DNA from: Phaeosaccion multiseriatum
Taxonomy: Eukaryota > Protista > Ochrophyta, other classes
NCBI GenBank assembly: GCA_965112735.1
Contig: OZ218962.1
Span: 2,232,001-2,296,000, forward strand
Reading direction: 5' to 3'
DNA: 64,000 nt
Each line of letters begins with the position of its first letter. Position 1 is the first letter of the stretch. The position numbers and the translations under genes are program-made. The notes beneath the pieces are model-generated. The model had not been told where the DNA came from. It saw only the letters and a program-made list of their open reading frames with translations, and made no database searches. Below are positions 24,180-45,300 of the stretch, one piece after another.

Positions 24180-25550
24180 TCAGTCCCTCTCATGCCCCAT
24201 TTCAGACGCCATGGTGAGTAGCGACTCGGCGGACAGGGCCACACCTGCTCCCCTCTTGGCCTTCCTCTTCCGAAGCGGCACCCCCACCCCTCTCTCCTTG
24301 TTGTCGCCAAAGGACGGATCGCAGGAGCGCATCATATCCAAAACACTCTGCTGCGCAAAGAGTGCCTTCCTCGCCGCCCGGAGATTTTGCTGGAGCTCTG
24401 TTGCTTTGGGGCTCAACTGCAAGGCGAGCCCGACACAAATATGGTCCAACGAAGCTCCGGCAGCGAGCAGCTGCACCGCCGTGCCCTGCTGGTTGTACCA
24501 AAGGGCGCCAATCAGGGGAGTCAAGCCGTCGTACTTGGGGGTATCGATCAGGTGCGGGCCCGCGTCAAGAAAGAGTTTGACGATGGCCTTGTGCCCGGCT
24601 TGAGCAGCAAGGTAGAGGGGAATCGCCCCCTTGCCGTTCTTGCAATCGAGCTTCGCACCGGCGCTGACAAGGCTCTTGACAACACGGGTGTGCCCTCCCA
24701 TCGAGGCAATATGCAGAGCCGTTACCCCATCCTTGTCAGCAATGTCGATGCTCGACTTTGCTAGAATGAGTTTGTCCACCACCCTATGGAGCCCTATTCC
24801 GGAGGCCATATGGAGGGCAGTTTGACCGTCGATGTCCGCGATGTCTACAGCCGCCCCTGCCGATAACAGCTTGTCCACCGCCTTGCTTTGCTCGCGATCG
24901 ATAGCCGCCATGAGCGGGGTGTGTCCCTTCAAATCTGCTCTGTCGACGTTGGCGTGGAATGAAAAGAGCAAGTCCATGGCCGGGAGATAGCCATAGCCAG
25001 ACGCGATGAGTAGACACGTCAGTCCCCTTTCATCCGCTTCATCGGGTGACGCTCCGGCCTCCAACAGTGCCTTCATCACAGACACACTGCCCCTGCGCGC
25101 CCTTACAGCCATTGTTAGAGGCGTATTCCGCTCCGCGGCGCCTCCCCTCGTGCTGCATTTGGCGCCTTGCTCCAGCAGCATGTCCACCACGTCGCGGCGC
25201 CCATACGAAGCAGCAATGACCAGAGGAGTAACGCCTCCCTGCTTCCCGTCGATGGCCTGCTCAAGAGACTCAGCGCCGAACTTTCCGACCATCTCTCTCA
25301 CGATTGATTTGATCTTAGACACGCTTTGGGAGCAGGTCAGCGCTAGCCAAAGACGATGCGCCTGGTAGTGAAGAGGAGGAGAGGAGAGGTAATGTTTGAG
25401 GAGATCGAGCATCATAATGGCGTCATGGTGTAGCGGGGGGGGACAAGTAGTATAGCAGGAGGAGAAGGTCGAGAGGAGCACAAGATGGAGCGAGCTGGGG
25501 GGAAAGTCTAAGGTGGACGGACGTATCACGTTCTCTCCATCAACAATCAT
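24180..25550 (-). CDS. Ankyrin-repeat protein
   Basis: About 8 repeats: GVTPLVIAASYG, NTPLTMAV, GLTCLLIASGYG, GHTPLMAAI, GQTALHMASGIG, GVTALHIASMGG, GAIPLYLAAQAG, GLTPLIGAL. Start and 3' end uncertain. Confidence 0.88.
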   Translation of the reverse strand: MIVDGENVIRPSTLDFPPSSLHLVLLSTFSSCYTTCPPPLHHDAIMMLDLLKHYLSSPPLHYQAHRLWLALTCSQSVSKIKSIVREMVGKFGAESLEQAIDGKQGGVTPLVIAASYGRRDVVDMLLEQGAKCSTRGGAAERNTPLTMAVRARRGSVSVMKALLEAGASPDEADERGLTCLLIASGYGYLPAMDLLFSFHANVDRADLKGHTPLMAAIDREQSKAVDKLLSAGAAVDIADIDGQTALHMASGIGLHRVVDKLILAKSSIDIADKDGVTALHIASMGGHTRVVKSLVSAGAKLDCKNGKGAIPLYLAAQAGHKAIVKLFLDAGPHLIDTPKYDGLTPLIGALWYNQQGTAVQLLAAGASLDHICVGLALQLSPKATELQQNLRAARKALFAQQSVLDMMRSCDPSFGDNKERGVGVPLRKRKAKRGAGVALSAESLLTMASEMGHERD

Positions 25551-25965
25551 GGCTGGCACCCATGGGCTAGCTGCGACTTATTTCTCTTACTTCGGGGGTC
25601 GTGCTGCTGTTCGGCGGCTGTAATATGGTTGACAGCCTCATCTTGTCGTGGAATGCACCTCGCTTGTTGCTTCCGCTCTTTGAACGTCCTCTCCTCCTCT
25701 TCTACCACAAGTACCCGCACTTGGAGACGAGAGGGACAACAAAGGCAACTCCTTCCTCTGATTTGATTATTTTATACTTATCTCTCCTCCTTCTAATCCT
25801 TCAACGCTGCTCGAATGTATGCTCCTTCCCACAAACCCTCGAGATACACAGTTTCAATACAGTAGTTTCAGATTTGACTTTACTTTTGCACGCACCGCTC
25901 CTTCACTCGACAACCCTGCCCCAGCACACGAGCATCCCATTCCAGCACTCTTCTCAGCCCCAGAT

Positions 25966-25967
25966 GA

Positions 25968-26052
<85 letters not shown>

Positions 26053-26059
26053 TGTCTGT

Positions 26060-26092
<33 letters not shown>

Positions 26093-26172
26093 TGTCTGTA
26101 AGTGTGTGTTTGTGTGTGTGTGTGTGCGTGTGTGTGTGCGTGTGTGTTCGTGTGTGTGTGTGTTTGTGTGTG
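25966..26172. repeat. (TG)n-rich microsatellite
   Basis: Direct dinucleotide repeat. Confidence 0.95.
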
Positions 26173-26303
26173 TTGGGTTGCGAGAGTACTCGAATACACC
26201 CCCCGAGACCAGCTATGACGGCCGACACAACAGTGTTTGGGTATGGTAGACAGAAAGAGTAAGTTGAGCCACATCTTCTTGACACGAAGACAGGCAGGCA
26301 GGT

Positions 26304-26341
<38 letters not shown>

Positions 26342-26527
26342 ACAGAGAGATGAGTCTTGCTCTCGGGACCCTGCCCTACCCACTGCCAACAAGCACGACA
26401 AATGGAGAGAGTCCACGGCTATTCGGCTATTCGGGGGTTTGGTTGGTGGTACGGAGATGCACAGATACCTCATCCTCTCTCTCAACACCACCTTACACAT
26501 CCATCCATCCATCCATCTGCCTGCCTG

Positions 26528-26569
<42 letters not shown>

Positions 26570-26611
26570 CCTGCTGCTGCCGCTACACTCCAGCCGTCGT
26601 CATCGCTGCCG

Positions 26612-35146
<8,535 letters not shown>

Positions 35147-35883
35147 CACCCTCTCCCCCCCTCAAAGTCGCTCTTGTGCAGTGTGTGTGTCTGGAACAAA
35201 AGCGGGGCGAGCTTTTCTCGTCTCTGTTAATTAGCAGTGAAAGAGCCGCCGAGAAATAGAATGGACCCTCGATCTCTCCCTACACTGAAGTCACCTGACC
35301 CGCACGGTTTTCACACGGCTGGGTCTCGTGCTTTGTTTATTTGATTGATTTTTGTTTTCCAGGCCGGCATCTGTGAGAACACGTGTGGACGCGCAACCCG
35401 CGAAGCAAGCAAACCGCATCTAGGCCTAGGCCGCTAGGCGTGCATGGGGCTGAGTGTGGAGTAATCATCTCCTTCGCCGGCGCCAGCCAACGTGCTGCAG
35501 TACCTGCTACCGCCGGCGTCATCCGGCCTTGACCTGCTACCGGCCGACAGGCCGGCCGGCCAACCAGCTGGTGTGAGCTAGCTGCTACCTGCTACCGGAG
35601 GGCCCGTTGCATGCTACGGGGTCGAACAAAACGACACTTTGGAGCTTTCATCCCTTTGGAGGAGTGGCTCATGCAGCAAGCATACGCAAGGTGTAGCTGA
35701 TGGGAGAAGGGCTTTTAAATGCACAATGTTTGGAAACATGTTTTTATTACAAACGGTTTCGACGCCGTCTCAAAATCGGTAGACTCGACTTGATATGGGT
35801 AATATCAACCGTCAAGCATATCCTGAGCTGCTTCTCTGCTAACCACACCACTATTAAAACACTCCGCTCTCCGCTAAGCCGAG

Positions 35884-37934
35884 TTAAATCACATCCAGGT
35901 TCTCGGGCTCACCCTGCGGGGCCTGGAAAATGGTTGCGTAGCCCCTGATCTTGACCATAGGCACGAGGGCAACAGAGGCGACAACAATGTAGCCAAGGAT
36001 CTCATACACATCCGCCTTGGAAGAGGGCCCGAAGCGGAAGATCAGCCCCCACATGACGGCGCCCGTGTTGCCTCCGGCTCCCACGATACCCGACACAGCA
36101 CCTGTGTTGTCTGGTGAAATGTAGGGCACAATGCCGAAGGAGGACCCCTCTGCCGCTTGCGTGAAGAGGGAGAAGAAGACGAGCACCACAATGGCATTTT
36201 CAAGCTTCCTCTGCTGCGAGAAGGTGATGAGCATGAGGCCCTCTCCGAGAAGGCAAATCGCCTGAGCGATGAGCCGTCCGCGCATGCCCGTCTGGCCGCC
36301 GCCAAACTTGGTGTTGAGAAAGTCGGAAAACATGCCCCCCCAAGCACGCGCAAAGATGTTCATGAGGCCAAAGAGCGACGCAATGACCCCAGCCTCGGAG
36401 GTGGTGAGATTAAAGTCGTCCTTGAAGTAGGAGGAGGCCGTGTTGTTGATGGTGAGCTCGATGCCGAAGCAGGTCGCGTACTGCACAAACATAATCCAGG
36501 AGTTGAGGTTCGACCACGCCACCTTGGCGGAGGCCTTGGACGACTTGCGCTGCATGCTTCCCTCGCGAATCAGGTCCTTAAAGTTTCCCTTGGGGCAGTC
36601 GTCGGCGACGGACAGGGTGAGGAAGGCGACACAGATGCACATGGTGGCGGGCACGACAAAGGAAATTCTCCACGCCGACTCGTCGCTCATACTAGTCCTG
36701 AAGCCGTTCCACAGGCCCACCATGAAGAGCTGGGTCACACCTCCTCCCAGGTTGCCCCAGCCTCCGGAAATGGCGTTGGCGGTTCCGACAACCTCCTTGG
36801 CAAACATTTGTGAGCACCACGACTGCGTGGCCACAAACACGGCACCCATGATACCCACAAAGAAGCGCACGACGGCAAGGTCCACGGCACTGTTGACGAG
36901 TCCGGAGAAGTAGGCGGGGACGGCAGGGCCTATGAGCAGGAAGGCGGACATGTATCGGGCACCGAAAGTGTCGCAAAGAGGCCCGACGATGAAGCGGGCC
37001 GTCACGGTCGAGGCCACCGACGAGATGTTGGCGTTGTACACTTGGTCGTCGCTAAGCTCCAGGTCGTCCTTCACCTCAGGCATGAGGGGTGCGAAAGAGA
37101 ACCAGGTGAGGAAGGCCATGAAGAAAGAGAACCACGCAAGGTGGAAGGCGCGCATGTGCGGCCGGGCGAAAGACAGAATCTTCAACTCCGTCGCGCGGTC
37201 TCCCTGCGCGGGGTCGACATTCAGACTGTTTCGTAGTTAGGAAGGAGGGGAAGTGAGAAGAAAAGGGAGGGGGAGGGCGCGAGGCAGGGGAGGAGCCAGA
37301 AGGAGGGGAAGGAAGGAGAGGGGGGGTGAGTGGGACGCATGCACGGAAAAGAAGCCAAAAAGCGAGGATGACGAGTGAGCGACGGGGACAGGGCAGCCTC
37401 GCCGCCGCCCCCAAGGGACAGGGCAGCCTCGCCGCCGCCCCCAATAGAAAGAACACGCCCCCCCCCCCCGTGGGCAATGCGAAGAAAAGGACTTTTTAAC
37501 AGCCTCATACTAGTAAAGATTCGTCGAATGAAAGGCACACGGCGTGATGAGATGAGGAAGGAGAGAAGGCGCTGTACAAGACGTCTCACACCGACAGAGC
37601 CAAAGGCAGTGTCCTGAGGGTGGGAATGAAGAAAGAATGGGCCCCCCTTCACCGGCCCCCCGAAAGAAAGCAAGCCAGCGCGCCACCCTCCCCTCCCAGC
37701 CCAGAATAAAGACTTTAGTGAGAACCTGAGGGCGTAGAGAAGGATCAAGTCACCCAGCCCCTTCCCCTACCCTCTCCCCCTCCCCTCCCCGAAAGAAAGC
37801 AAAATGCGCGAGGGAGGTAAGACCCAGGGCACAACCTTCCGTCGCTTTCTTTTCCAAGCTCCCACTCCCGCCTCTTCGTACCTGTAGGTCTCGTACTTGC
37901 GCCATGTGCCCACAGGCTTCTCGACATCAGCCAT
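35884..37934 (-). CDS. NRT2: High-affinity nitrate transporter NRT2 (MFS, NNP family); exons 37882-37934 and 35884-37225
   Basis: Spliced N-terminus MADVEKPVGTWRKYETYS|LNVDPAQGDRATELKILSFARPHMRAFHLAWFSFF. Nitrate signatures VGTANAISGGWGNLGGG and VSGIVGAGGNTG; FGIELT and FGLMNIFAR. Confidence 0.95.
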
Positions 37935-38591
37935 GTTGTCCTCTTGTTACTGCTCAGGCGATGTCCCTTTGTCCTTTCGGCTTATGGGGGGTCTGATTTG
38001 GTTTGGTTTGTGAGGAAAGGACAAGAAACAGCGCCAAAAAAAAAATGTTTAATTTTGTGACGTCATTTTCTCCGTTGGAGTTTCAGTTTCTACGACACTG
38101 GCCATGTGTGTGTGTTCGTGGCCTTTGCTCTTGCGCTGACGACGCCCCTTAAATGTAAACCCATGTGCGTTTGAAATTTATTTATTACTGTGCCACAGCC
38201 AGCTCCTCCTTGCTCGTGCTCACCCTCGCTACAGAGGGAGGTACGCACATTCCCACCCTCACCTAACCCTCACTCGCTTTTCGGTTCGTCGGAAGGAACG
38301 ACAGGCTCTCCCCTCGTGACAGTCTCCTGCCACGCCGCGGGCGGTGCTTCGCATGCGAGCTTTTGTTACCTTCCCCTCCGCACGGCTGCATCCATGCAGA
38401 GCCTCTATCTCCCCGGCCGGCCAATCAATCTATACCATGCCCTCCTCGGGAGAAGTTCATATCCACCCGAACGGCATCATATTGGCGCACTGGACTTAAT
38501 TCCGGGCGCTGAGCCGATCCAGACTCCCACATCAACCCCCCCCCCCCCACCTCTCAGCCACCCAGCGGTGTCCTTCGATGCCTTGAACCTC

Positions 38592-40261
38592 TCACTTGAG
38601 GTTCTTCAAACCCTCTCTCAGGCTCTTGTCTATGGCTGGTAGGAGCTTCACGTGCTTATCTACACAGTTCCTACTAAAGCACTTTTGCATCGCTTCCTGG
38701 GCCTTGTTTTGGAGAGCCGCGTCGTCCTGAGAGGAAATCGCGTATGTGTGTGCGTGTGGGTGGGTAGGTGGGCGCGTTTTGGTCGGTGGATGGATGGATG
38801 GCAGTGGATGGGTGGGTGGGTGCAGACAAGTATATGGACAAGGTGTTGAGGCCACAAAAGGGCAGCACGCGGCAGCAGCAAGAGGAGGGTGGTAAGTGGG
38901 AGGGTTTTGAGCAGCAGCAGCAGCAGCCAGGGTGGGTGGGGTGGGTCGGTGGTCGAGAGGGGGGTGCCACAGAGGTACATGTAGCAGAGAGCAAAGGATT
39001 GGCAGCGGACTGTGGACAGGTACGGGATGGGAGCGCAACAGATTCAGAGGCTGCGTGGAAGGTAGTGATGATGTTGCTAGTCTCACTTGTCAGGGCTCTT
39101 GAGCAGCAGAAGTGGTGGTGCGAACGACTAACAGTGCTGAATCATCTTCCTACTCCTCCTCCTCGATCCTCCTACGACTGCTCCTGCTGCTCCTCCTCCT
39201 CGTACCACTGCTACTGCTATTCATTCATGCTACACTACTACTACTATATAGTAGTAGTAATAGGAATATTGCTGCTGCTGCTGCTGCTACTCCTCCTACC
39301 TCTTCTACTCCTCTCCTTCTCCTTCTCCTCCTTCTCCTCCTGATTACTACTACTGCTGCTGCTGCTCCTCTTACCACTACTACTACCATACTCCTCCTCC
39401 TTCTACTACACCATACTCCTCCAGTACTACTACTACTGCTTCTCCTTCTCCTTCACTACAACAACTACTCCCAACTACGACAACTAAACAACACCCCGAC
39501 CACACCCACCTGACTACCAGCTCCACGCATGAGGTCCTTGACCTCGTCCTGACACGCCATTGAGCAGCGCTCGAGGCGATTCTGGGAGATGGCAGCAGAA
39601 GAGTGGGGGGGTGGATCGTTTTGCTGTCAGACACGATGGACAGATGGACACCTGGCCGACAGGCAGATACACAGACAGACACAACACACACAGACAGAGA
39701 GAGACATGTAGAGAGACACACACAGAGAGAGAGACAGAGGGACAGAGGGACAGAGACACAAGAGAGAGAGAGAGAGAGAAAGAGAGACAGAGAGACCAAT
39801 GCACACGGCCCGCCCCTTAAAACCTTTGCAAGAGTACTGCCATCACCAAACATCACCGGACAAAGGCAGCAAGCTTACTTGAAAGTCATTGATCTCGTGG
39901 TTAATGATGTTCTGAGCCTGATTGATTGCCGCTCCACAGTTTTGCACGCAATTCTGTGTTTGCTGCGCGTTCGTGCCTTTCCGGTCAAAGCACGCCGCCA
40001 TACATAGATAAGATTTCTGGGGTTGGTGTCGCGGTGGGATACGAGGGGAGGAGGGGGGGGGGGAGAGGGGGCGGGGGATAGAAAAAGAGAGAGACAGAGA
40101 CGTGGGCGGAGAGAGAGAAAGGGGGTGAGGGACAGTTGGACGACACAGCTGAAAACGGGGGAGGGAGACAATACCTTCTGCAAAGGGTTCAGCATATCTT
40201 TGGTGATGCCCTCGATCATCTCCGTGACCGCCTTCTGGAGCTTCGCCTGTCCATCGGCCAT
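38592..40261 (-). CDS. FAM136A: FAM136A (DUF842) family protein, 4 exons
   Basis: Spliced reading MADGQAKLQKAVTEMIEGITKDMLNPLQK|KSYLCMAACFD...QNCVQNC...INHEINDFQ|NRLERCSMACQDEVKD|...KCFSRNCVDKHVKLLP. Paired Cx3C-like motifs and FQNRL.RC...CQD typical of FAM136A. Confidence 0.88.
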
Positions 40262-40404
40262 GATGAGCGCCTTTGCTTTGCACAAGGTTCTTATTTTCTT
40301 TAATTAATTAAAGTTTTCTTGCCCTCCCGAACTCCCCGCCGCTCGTCGACCCTCCAGTTTCAGTTTCCGTTTCATAGTCGGCACTCCTACTGTACGACCA
40401 TTTA

Positions 40405-40555
40405 GGTAAGGGTTTTGAGTGTGGTTTCGTGTCGAGAGCAGCATGTGGTCGCGACATTAGCTAAGGCTTATTCGTGTCGAGAGCACGAGGGGTGGTCTCA
40501 AGTCGGAGCCACGACTGAGCGCAGGGGACAGGCTGGCGTACACGCGGATTCGAGC
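40405..40555 (+). repeat. Left terminal inverted repeat
   Basis: Reverse complement of 50059-50210 with few mismatches. Contains TTCGTGTCGAGAGCA twice (40426-40440, 40471-40485). Confidence 0.92.
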
Positions 40556-40754
40556 ATCCACCATCCCCCCCCCACCCACATAGTACTCCTTGAGAGCTCA
40601 CTCGGTGTCCAGAACGATGACAGACTCGGGGCTACGGCGGTCAGAGAGAAGCGGAACGCAAGCAAGTTTAGGACGGTATGTTCGCAACGCCGGTCCCCCC
40701 ACTCAAAGGAAGGAACCTTCTCCAACGTCTGTCGCACCCCGTAATCCAAACAGC

Positions 40755-42389
40755 ATGGGAAAGGGAAAGGGAAAGGGAAAGGGAGGGAAAGGAGAACTCG
40801 CTGCGAGAGGAGGAGGAGGAGGAGGAGGAAGGAACGGAGGGGCTCCGTCACCGCCGGTAGACACAACAGCGAGGACAGGAGCGGGAAGGACACCGGCATC
40901 CGCAAGTCCGACACCAGGAGGAGCGGGAGGATTGGGAGGACCTCTGTCTGATTTCACAGATTTCACAGCATCTCCAGGAGGCGAACCGGGGGCGGCGGCC
41001 GCTCCGTCATCATTACCACCACCCGCGGTAGCACCAGCGACAACAGAGGTTGAGGGAGTAGCGGGAGCAGCGATTTTTGGAGGAGAAGGGGGCGCCGCAG
41101 CAGCATCAAGGATTCCTTCTCCACCAACTACAATTGGAACAGAGGGCCTTGCGGAGGGGGCTTTGGAAAGGGGTAGCGGAGAGAGTCAAGCCGAACTTAG
41201 CAAAGCCCAGGAACATGCTGCTGCCACTGCTGCTGCCACTGCTGCCTCTGCTACTGCCTCCGGATCCGTGCTCCGAGAGGCAGGGAAGTCCACGTCAGCA
41301 CTCCCTAGTGGCGCGAGAGGAGGAAAAACTAAGAGGTGAGAAGGACCTGCCTTGTCTCGTCTTTAAAGCTTCATTCTGTCCGCCTGCTGTAACGATTTCA
41401 ACACGTCTCTTCCAACACCCCTGCGCAGAACGACGCAGAAGAAAATCCTTGGGCTCCTGAAAGCCAATGCAGTGTCATCACAGGAGAGGGAGGCGTTAAA
41501 GAAGCAGTACAGAGGCAAAATGAACGCCGCTGCGGCCATGTTGGCGGCCTGCGGCGAGAAAATTGTTATCGTTGCGGCGGAAGACAGTGAGGTCCGAAAG
41601 ATTGTGACTAACAATTTCCCGAATGGCAGCGTCCTGGCTACGGCTCTGCGAGACTCCCGTGTGAATTCCATCATCCGCGAAGCTGTGAACGATATTCTTC
41701 CGAGGCAAGTGCAAACGTCTACAGCTGTTCAAGCGTCCGAACCCAGGACCCCTGAAAAGATTGTGGAGGAGGACGTGTCAGTGAAAGAGCTGCGCAAGGT
41801 CTGTGCGGTCTTGATGAAGCGCCATGCAGGAGATGTTCTGCAGGGAAAAGTCGAACAGAAGAAGCAGGAAGCCGCGCAGAGGGGGGCAGGGGGACGGCAG
41901 GAGGCCGTGGCGGACCCTGGGACAGGGGGGGCGGTCAGGGATGGTCTTCACCAGCTCAACGCGAAAGGCATCGCCGACAGCGGCCACAGGTACTGCATCG
42001 GAGCGACGCCGCAACCGAAGTATTGGCAAGGTGTGACCTACAACGGCAAAGCTATGGACTGGAAGGGATTTGGAGCCTTTCTCAAAGCAAAGCACTACGC
42101 GTGTTTGAGAATTCCCGAGAGCTTGGCGCACTCTGTGGTGGTTGCGTACACGAGGCACGTGTACGCAGCGGCGGCTGGAAGCAGCGGCGACAGCAACGGC
42201 TCAAACACCACCAGGGATCGCCAGAGGATCGGATCCGAAGCCGTCGAAGGCAGTCTGCATTCATTGATCAGAGAGGGCAACAAAGACGTCGCGGAGGCCC
42301 CACTCGACAAGGGCAGCAAGAAGCGAAAGCGGGGAGAGGCGGAGGCAACACCACCAGTATCAGTACCACCAGTAATGACTAATGTATGA
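40755..42389 (+). CDS. Transposon accessory gene of unknown function, 2 exons (40755-41335, 41429-42389)
   Basis: In-frame GT..AG join of two ORFs, ~513 aa. Low-complexity N-half, helical C-half, NLS-like KKRKR near the C-terminus. Confidence 0.6.
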
Positions 42390-42396
42390 TTTAGAT

Positions 42397-45300
42397 TTAA
42401 GTCTCTCCTGCCTCCTTCCTCCGCTCCGCCTCCTTCAGCAGCATCCGCGCGATCTCATTGCGCTTCTCCCCCATGTCTTCCTCCCGCACCTCCTCCTTGA
42501 GGGACTTGCCCTCATAGATGCACCTTGCAAAGGACACAGTAAAGACTCCGCAGTCGTATCCATTCTTCTGCCAGGGGGTCGTGTCGCTGCAAGTCGGCAG
42601 GGACTGCCATCCAACCATGTCCATGGGCGCTGCAGACAGGAGGAAGAAGGGGGGGGGGTGGTTAATGAGAGACAGAAGACACAGCGGTGAGCTTGCCCAG
42701 ACACTTACTCTTGAGCTTATCCACGTGCTCGTCCTGCAGCCAAAGCATGATAGCGTTGCGTGCGAGGTCGCCTTTGCCCCACTTGCTGTCGTAGCACTGC
42801 ACTACCTTCTTCTCCATGTCAATGACCACCAAATACCAGTGATGCATGTGAATGTTGACCGGCACAATGACCTTGCCACACTCGAAAACGTTTCCCCCCA
42901 CCACCTTTTCGCCTTGTGTCCACCTCTTCACGTTCGCGTAGACGTACTGGTCCATGCTGAGGAACTTGTCGGTGAGCTTGTGGAGGAAGTGGGAGTTGAA
43001 GAAGTGGGTCGGGCGGCGTTCGCTGTCCAGCTCACACTTCGTCTTGTCGTCCTCTGCCATAAGGTCGAGGCAGAGATTGATCACCTCGTCGTTCAGCCAC
43101 GTGAAGGACAGCAGGCACCGTAGCGTGTTCCGCGTAATCTCGGCGTTGAAGAGCGTAAAGAGAATTTCGTCCCCCTGCCCACCGTGGAAGGCCCATTGTA
43201 GGGCGGCCTCGTCACCCTCTGGCGGCAGCCCCGCCGTGTTTGCCTCTGTAGGTCGCCCCCTCTTTCGCTTGCGACTCTGCCCCTCCCCCGCCCCTGCTGT
43301 GACTCCTGCTCCCCCCTCCCCGCCTCCTTCTGATGCTCCTGCTCCTTGCCCTCTCCCTTCTGATCTCTGTGCCTCTTCCTCTCCTTCTTGTACTGCCCCC
43401 CTGGGGTCTGTATCCTCGGATTTCTCTTCCTCTACCCCTTCGTCCTCCTGCACGACGCTGCCCACCGAATCGCCCCGCGGCGACGGTTGAGGCGCCTCAC
43501 GATGGAGGCCTTGGCGGAGGCCCACAAGAAGAGGGCTGGAACTGGCCTCGCCAACCTGCTCCTGGACAGGGGTGCGGCGTGAGAGGAGTAAAAAGGATGG
43601 AGGGAGGAGAGGTGGGATGGTTTTCGAGTGAGACACCCAGACGAGGTCAGCCGAAGCCTCCAAAGCCAACCAGAAACGAACATTCTCTTCCTCCGGGCTG
43701 ATGGTCTCCATGTCGGGCATGGTGACCTGTAAAGGAGAGACACACACACACACACACACACAAACATACACACACACATGTATCACTTTGACAAGCAAGC
43801 CTGGAAGGGGGCCAGGGTAAAGCACCTACCGCTTCGATTGCTCCTCGTGAGCCTTCCGCGGCCATGTCCTTCAGTCTCTTCTCCGCGACCATGTGTAAGA
43901 AAACGTTAACGTACATCTGAGCTGTGCGCGACGACATGTGCGCCAACTGGGAGTCCACAGGCAAGGCAGGCAGGCACAAAAAGCAAGGAAGTGAGGAGAA
44001 AAACTTGAGTGAGCTGTAGCCCGAGACTCTCCTTCACCTGCGTGGCGATTTTGCGAACCTCCTTGTTGTTCTGCTCCGCCGCTTGGGTGTCAAGGCTTCG
44101 CAAGACGCTGAGGAAGAGACGACAATCACGACGGGGAAGGCGGCTGAGTTCTTACACTGTGGGGAAACTGAATTGCCCAGGGGAATGTACCCAATTCAAG
44201 GGTATGGGCAGGGGGCAGGAGAGAGAGGGGGGGGGGAGTTTACCTGTACTCTTCGAACAAGAGAGGCACATTCTTCTCGTACGCTGACCGTTTCATCAAA
44301 CTCAAGATGCCGTAAAGGGTGTTGCAGGCCACATGGTTGGGCAAATGAAAGCGGTCCAGGCAAAACCTGATGCGAAAAAGTAGGCGCGGGTCCCGGTACA
44401 AGATGTACTTGTGCAGCTTACACACTGGGCCAGGAGGACGAGGAGAGGAGCAACGGAGAGCAACGGAGAGCAACGCAGAGCAACGGAGAGCAGAAGTTAG
44501 GCATTTCCTTGGCAACTGCTGCATCAACCCAGCACACTCTGTTCACCGCGGAGGCAGCAGAGGGGGGTACGGACGCTGCCTGCCGCACTTCCAACCCTTT
44601 TCAGTGACACTGAAGGAAATTCCAATCCCTTCGGAGGCGAAGCGGTACAGGGTTGAGGCATCGCAGAGCACTGTAGAGGCACCAACAAAGCATGAACAGG
44701 GCGTCATACACACTCTGTATCACTTCAGAAGCACCAGGAATGAGTACGGGCATTCCCCCCCCCCCCCCGCCCCCCCACAACCAAAAAAAGTCAGGCCGAC
44801 TAAGTCACTGAATCAGCCCCCCTACGTGACCATGGTGGACCCTTGCCACAAACCCAGCGCGCATCGCTTGCCTCTGGTGAGGCGCACAAGGAAACATGGG
44901 CCTGACCAATCTATGTACCCTGCACCAGTGACTTCACAGGTGGTCTTGGCCCTCCCCCTCTGCGTCTCAGCTTGGGGAAGATCACCACCCCTGTTACGTG
45001 TCAGCCAAGCCGGAGGTATTCCCGAATCTCTTTGTCAGGAGCTCAGATAAAGGATCCTCTACAATCCTACCAACCCTCAAACATGCAGCAGTCCATTCAC
45101 CTCCTCTGCTTGGGCCAAACCGGCACCCAGTTTGCTCGTGCCGCCAAAGTAAGTCACTGAATCACCCCCCCTGGGTCACCATGGTGGACGCTTGGCCGAA
45201 ATCTAGCGCGGATCGTTTGAGTTTGGTCAGGGCTACAAGGAAACCTAATCAGACATTGGGGTAGAAACCCACAAGGTTGACTTCACAGGTTAGCGTAGCA

